Assembly (NCBI RefSeq): GCF_009914755.1
Contig: NC_060930.1
DNA: 64,000 nt
Reading direction: 5' to 3' (one strand)
From: the human T2T-CHM13v2.0 reference genome, Homo sapiens
Shown: positions 61,250 to 64,000 of the stretch, one piece after another
How the letters are laid out: each line of letters begins with the position of its first letter
Numbering within the stretch: the stretch's first letter is position 1
The notes under the pieces: generated by a model
What the model was told of the DNA's origin: nothing
The model's input: the letters and a program-made list of their open reading frames with translations, nothing else
Databases searched by the model: none
Position numbers and translations under genes: made by a program

Positions 61250-62399
61250 GTAAGTACAAGTACAGGGCAGTATGGCTTGAGCAAACCAAAATGATCTTAC
61301 TTCTTCTGTGATCTGAAGATGAGAGAATCTATAGGTGCAGGGTAAGGCAGTTTTACAAATAGAATAATTTTGGCCTGAGGAAGAAAAACAAAAAGCATTT
61401 CAAGAATGGAAGCAGATGTATAGTCATGGACCAGACTGATTAGTAAAACATAAAAGGCAGATTAAAATTTAGTTTAATGAATTAAACTCAAGAGGAGAAC
61501 AGAAGCCGCATACCTGTAACAGCCCTGTAATATTGTTACTCTGTTATTTTAGGCTAAAGCCAAGAATAAACTAAGGACGACAACAACAAAAAATAACATT
61601 TTGTTTTGTTCAGACAAGAAGAACATGGAAGGGATGCCTCTGCTTGAGATAAAATGGATGACTAAACAAAACTAATTCCCTTTTTTTTGTCTTCTCTATT
61701 ATGTAAAAATAAACCATTAAATGTAAGGGATAAAATAAGCTTTCAAAGAGTTAACTGAAAAGATAGGTGAAGAAGCTTGTAAGAAAATATGTCCTAGCTG
61801 TCTAAAGCTTAACTTCTTCTTGCCTAGTAAATTTCCATCTCAGCAAGGAGAGTTTACCAATAAGGACTCTCAGCTAGAATCAGCAGAGGGAGATGAACAC
61901 TAAAAAACTGGAGGTGGACAGATGGAGTTCCAGTTTTTGCCTTAGTCTGAAACCGAGGCAAGAAACTTTTCACAGATACTGAACAAAATGAATAAACCTA
62001 TTATTAAAATGACATCTGGATACTTAGAAAAGGAAGACACAATTTTGTAGACATGAACCACAATTCACTAAGTAGTCATTTCCTTTGTTTTTTGACAATA
62101 TTACAGTAGAGCAAAGACATCCAATAGACAAAGCTCATCTGCTGTCTGTTTGGAGCTGCATCTAGGCGTAAGGGGTCACTTTTTCCTAATCCTTCAGCTA
62201 AGGTGAGAGTGGGGATACCTTTTTCTAATTCTTACAAAAGTGCCACATACCCATGTACACAGGCTGCTACCCTGGGACAACAGACAAAAATAGGACAAGG
62301 TAACATGTGGGTCCTCAACTGATAAGAATGTTCATCAGTAGCATTCAAATCCAGTGTCGGTTGGCAGAGGAAGGTACCTGAGAATGAGAACTTAAATGA

Positions 62400-62700
62400 T
62401 GGCATGGCATACAGACCGGATTTACAGAGGTCATGAAATTGAGAGGTGGAATTACTCAGTTATATCAATGATACCCAATATGTCAACAAGCTAAGAGGCC
62501 TAATTTAACACAATAAAATTCAGTAGAATCACAGGTAAAGTGCTGAACACTGCATTGAGTGTAGTTGTTTAGTTCAGTGATTCTCCAACTAAACTTTTAA
62601 CACTTTAAGGTTTTATTTGGTAGATTGTAATATGGAGTCAGCTGGGTAATATTGCTGCCATGGAAGCTCCAAGGATATACTTAGGGAAATACAGTAATTA
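62400..62700 (+). mobile_element. L3/CR1 LINE remnant
   Basis: 'aaaattcagtagaatcacaggtaaagtgctgaacact' and 'gagtcagctgggtaatattgctgcc' resemble CR1 ORF2. Confidence 0.55.
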
Positions 62701-62952
62701 CAACAAAGCCATTAAACATCTTTCTAGTTTGTCACTTGGGTGAAACCTTGAATTCAATTCTTGGCATCAGGGTTTGAGAGAGATGTTGGCAAAGTAAATC
62801 TCCTCCTGAGAGCTTTCCTAATGGATGAAGAAAAGCTGATGGAGTTAATATGTACCCAGGTAAATTGAAGTATTCTCCTGTGGAATCAAGGCTAGGTGTA
62901 TCCTGTAGATTCCAGAGAGCAGAATAGCAGATCTGTTGAGACTTACTGTAAT

Positions 62953-62985
62953 GGGGTGGGCGGGGGCGGGGGGACGGGGGGGGGG
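62953..62985 (+). promoter_or_regulatory. G-quadruplex-forming tract with GC boxes
   Basis: ggggtgggcgggggcggggggacgggggggggg: five G-runs of 3 or more with 1-2 nt loops. Confidence 0.7.
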
Positions 62986-63109
62986 CTTTGCACAAAGTGA
63001 ATGTCATCCAGAGGCCAATTCGCAGGTCACTCAAAAGCAAAATTGTGGGGGGTGTGAGGGTAAAGGGGAGCAAATGACAGTCAGTACTACCTCCTTTGAA
63101 GAATTCTCA

Positions 63110-63285
63110 ATCCTGGTTGTACATTGTGATCATCTAGGAAGAGATTTTAAAATGCAGATGCTGATGCTTAGACCCTAACCTCAGAGATTCTGATTTGTTG
63201 TTCTTGCGTGGGGGTCCCCATTGGAAAGAATTTATTACAGCTCCCCTGCTGATTCTAAAGTTCTAGGTTGGAGAATCACTGAACT
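63110..63285. mobile_element. MER5A-type
   Basis: 'tttaaaatgcagatgc..cagagattctgatt..ggttggagaatcactg'. Confidence 0.7.
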
Positions 63286-63369
63286 AGACTACTACTTGCT
63301 GAGAGGTTACGTAAATTAAACCAGATGTTTTTTCTAAAGTCTCTTTCAAATTTGAGAAGATAAATGGAA

Positions 63370-63680
63370 ATTAACACTTACGGATTACATAATACAGCTA
63401 GACACTTTCACAATTTATTCTAATAATTGAATTAGTATATGTAAATCTCTTAGCACAGTGACCGTCTGATATGGTGTAGTAAACTCTCAATAAACATTAG
63501 CTATTTTTATTATATCCTCTCCATAACTGTTCAAACAAGGTATTATATTGTTACACTATAGATGAGGAAACTGAGGTTCTGATGTTAGTTTTCCAAGGCC
63601 CACAGTAGTAAAAGCAAAGTTTGGATTTGAACCAAAGATTAGTTCCAGTTTCCAGAGCCCTCTTCTCTCCTCGACAGGCC
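63370..63680. mobile_element. Two MIR fragments in opposite orientation
   Basis: 'cttagcacagtg..ctcaataaacattagctatt' then 'atagatgaggaaactgagg'. Confidence 0.7.
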
Positions 63681-64000
63681 TTCCCTAAAGCATCAAGAAG
63701 TTTATGCAAATTAGTGGTTTACCTGAGTGAACATTTAAAAAATTTAATAGTACCACTTCCTCTTGACCTGTTTGTAAGGAGTTCCTCTTAAATGCAATTT
63801 CTGAAAAAGAGAAGCATAAACTGAGACATCCACATTTTTTCCTTATTTGGCCAAATAGAAGTGAGAACCTCTGAGGATAGAGGAATTGGATGGAGGTGCC
63901 CTTCAGAACTCATGGAGAAAAGCACTGCTCCCAGTAAAATATCTCTCATTCTAATGAATGGGTAAGTATCCTACAAATCTTTCACTTCTGTACAATCTAG

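Overview
Primate (human-like) AT-rich non-coding genomic DNA, intronic or intergenic, with no supportable intact protein-coding gene. Much of it is interspersed repeat: about 19 Alu copies or fragments, a full-length but disabled L1PA5/6-type LINE-1 (36721-43149, with an AluY inside ORF2), several truncated L1s (one with a twin-priming 5' inversion), MaLR LTRs (MLT1/MST/THE1), two separately TSD-flanked HERV-E/Harlequin-type LTR2 solo LTRs 3.8 kb apart, an ERV1 MER31/67-type LTR, an LTR16, a hAT (Arthur1B/MER69B-like) DNA transposon, MER5/MER33, L2, MIR and L3/CR1. Almost all ORFs in the track come from repeats or are chance ORFs. Repeat family names come from recalled consensus sequences, not a database search. 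I see no clearly novel system. The best leads are: (i) the LTR2 pair with uneven divergence and the same altered poly(A) hexamer, (ii) a 128-bp local inverted duplication inside an MLT1 LTR, (iii) shared non-consensus variants between two inverted L1PA copies, and (iv) splice and poly(A) signals suggesting a minus-strand spliced lncRNA plus some plus-strand exon candidates.
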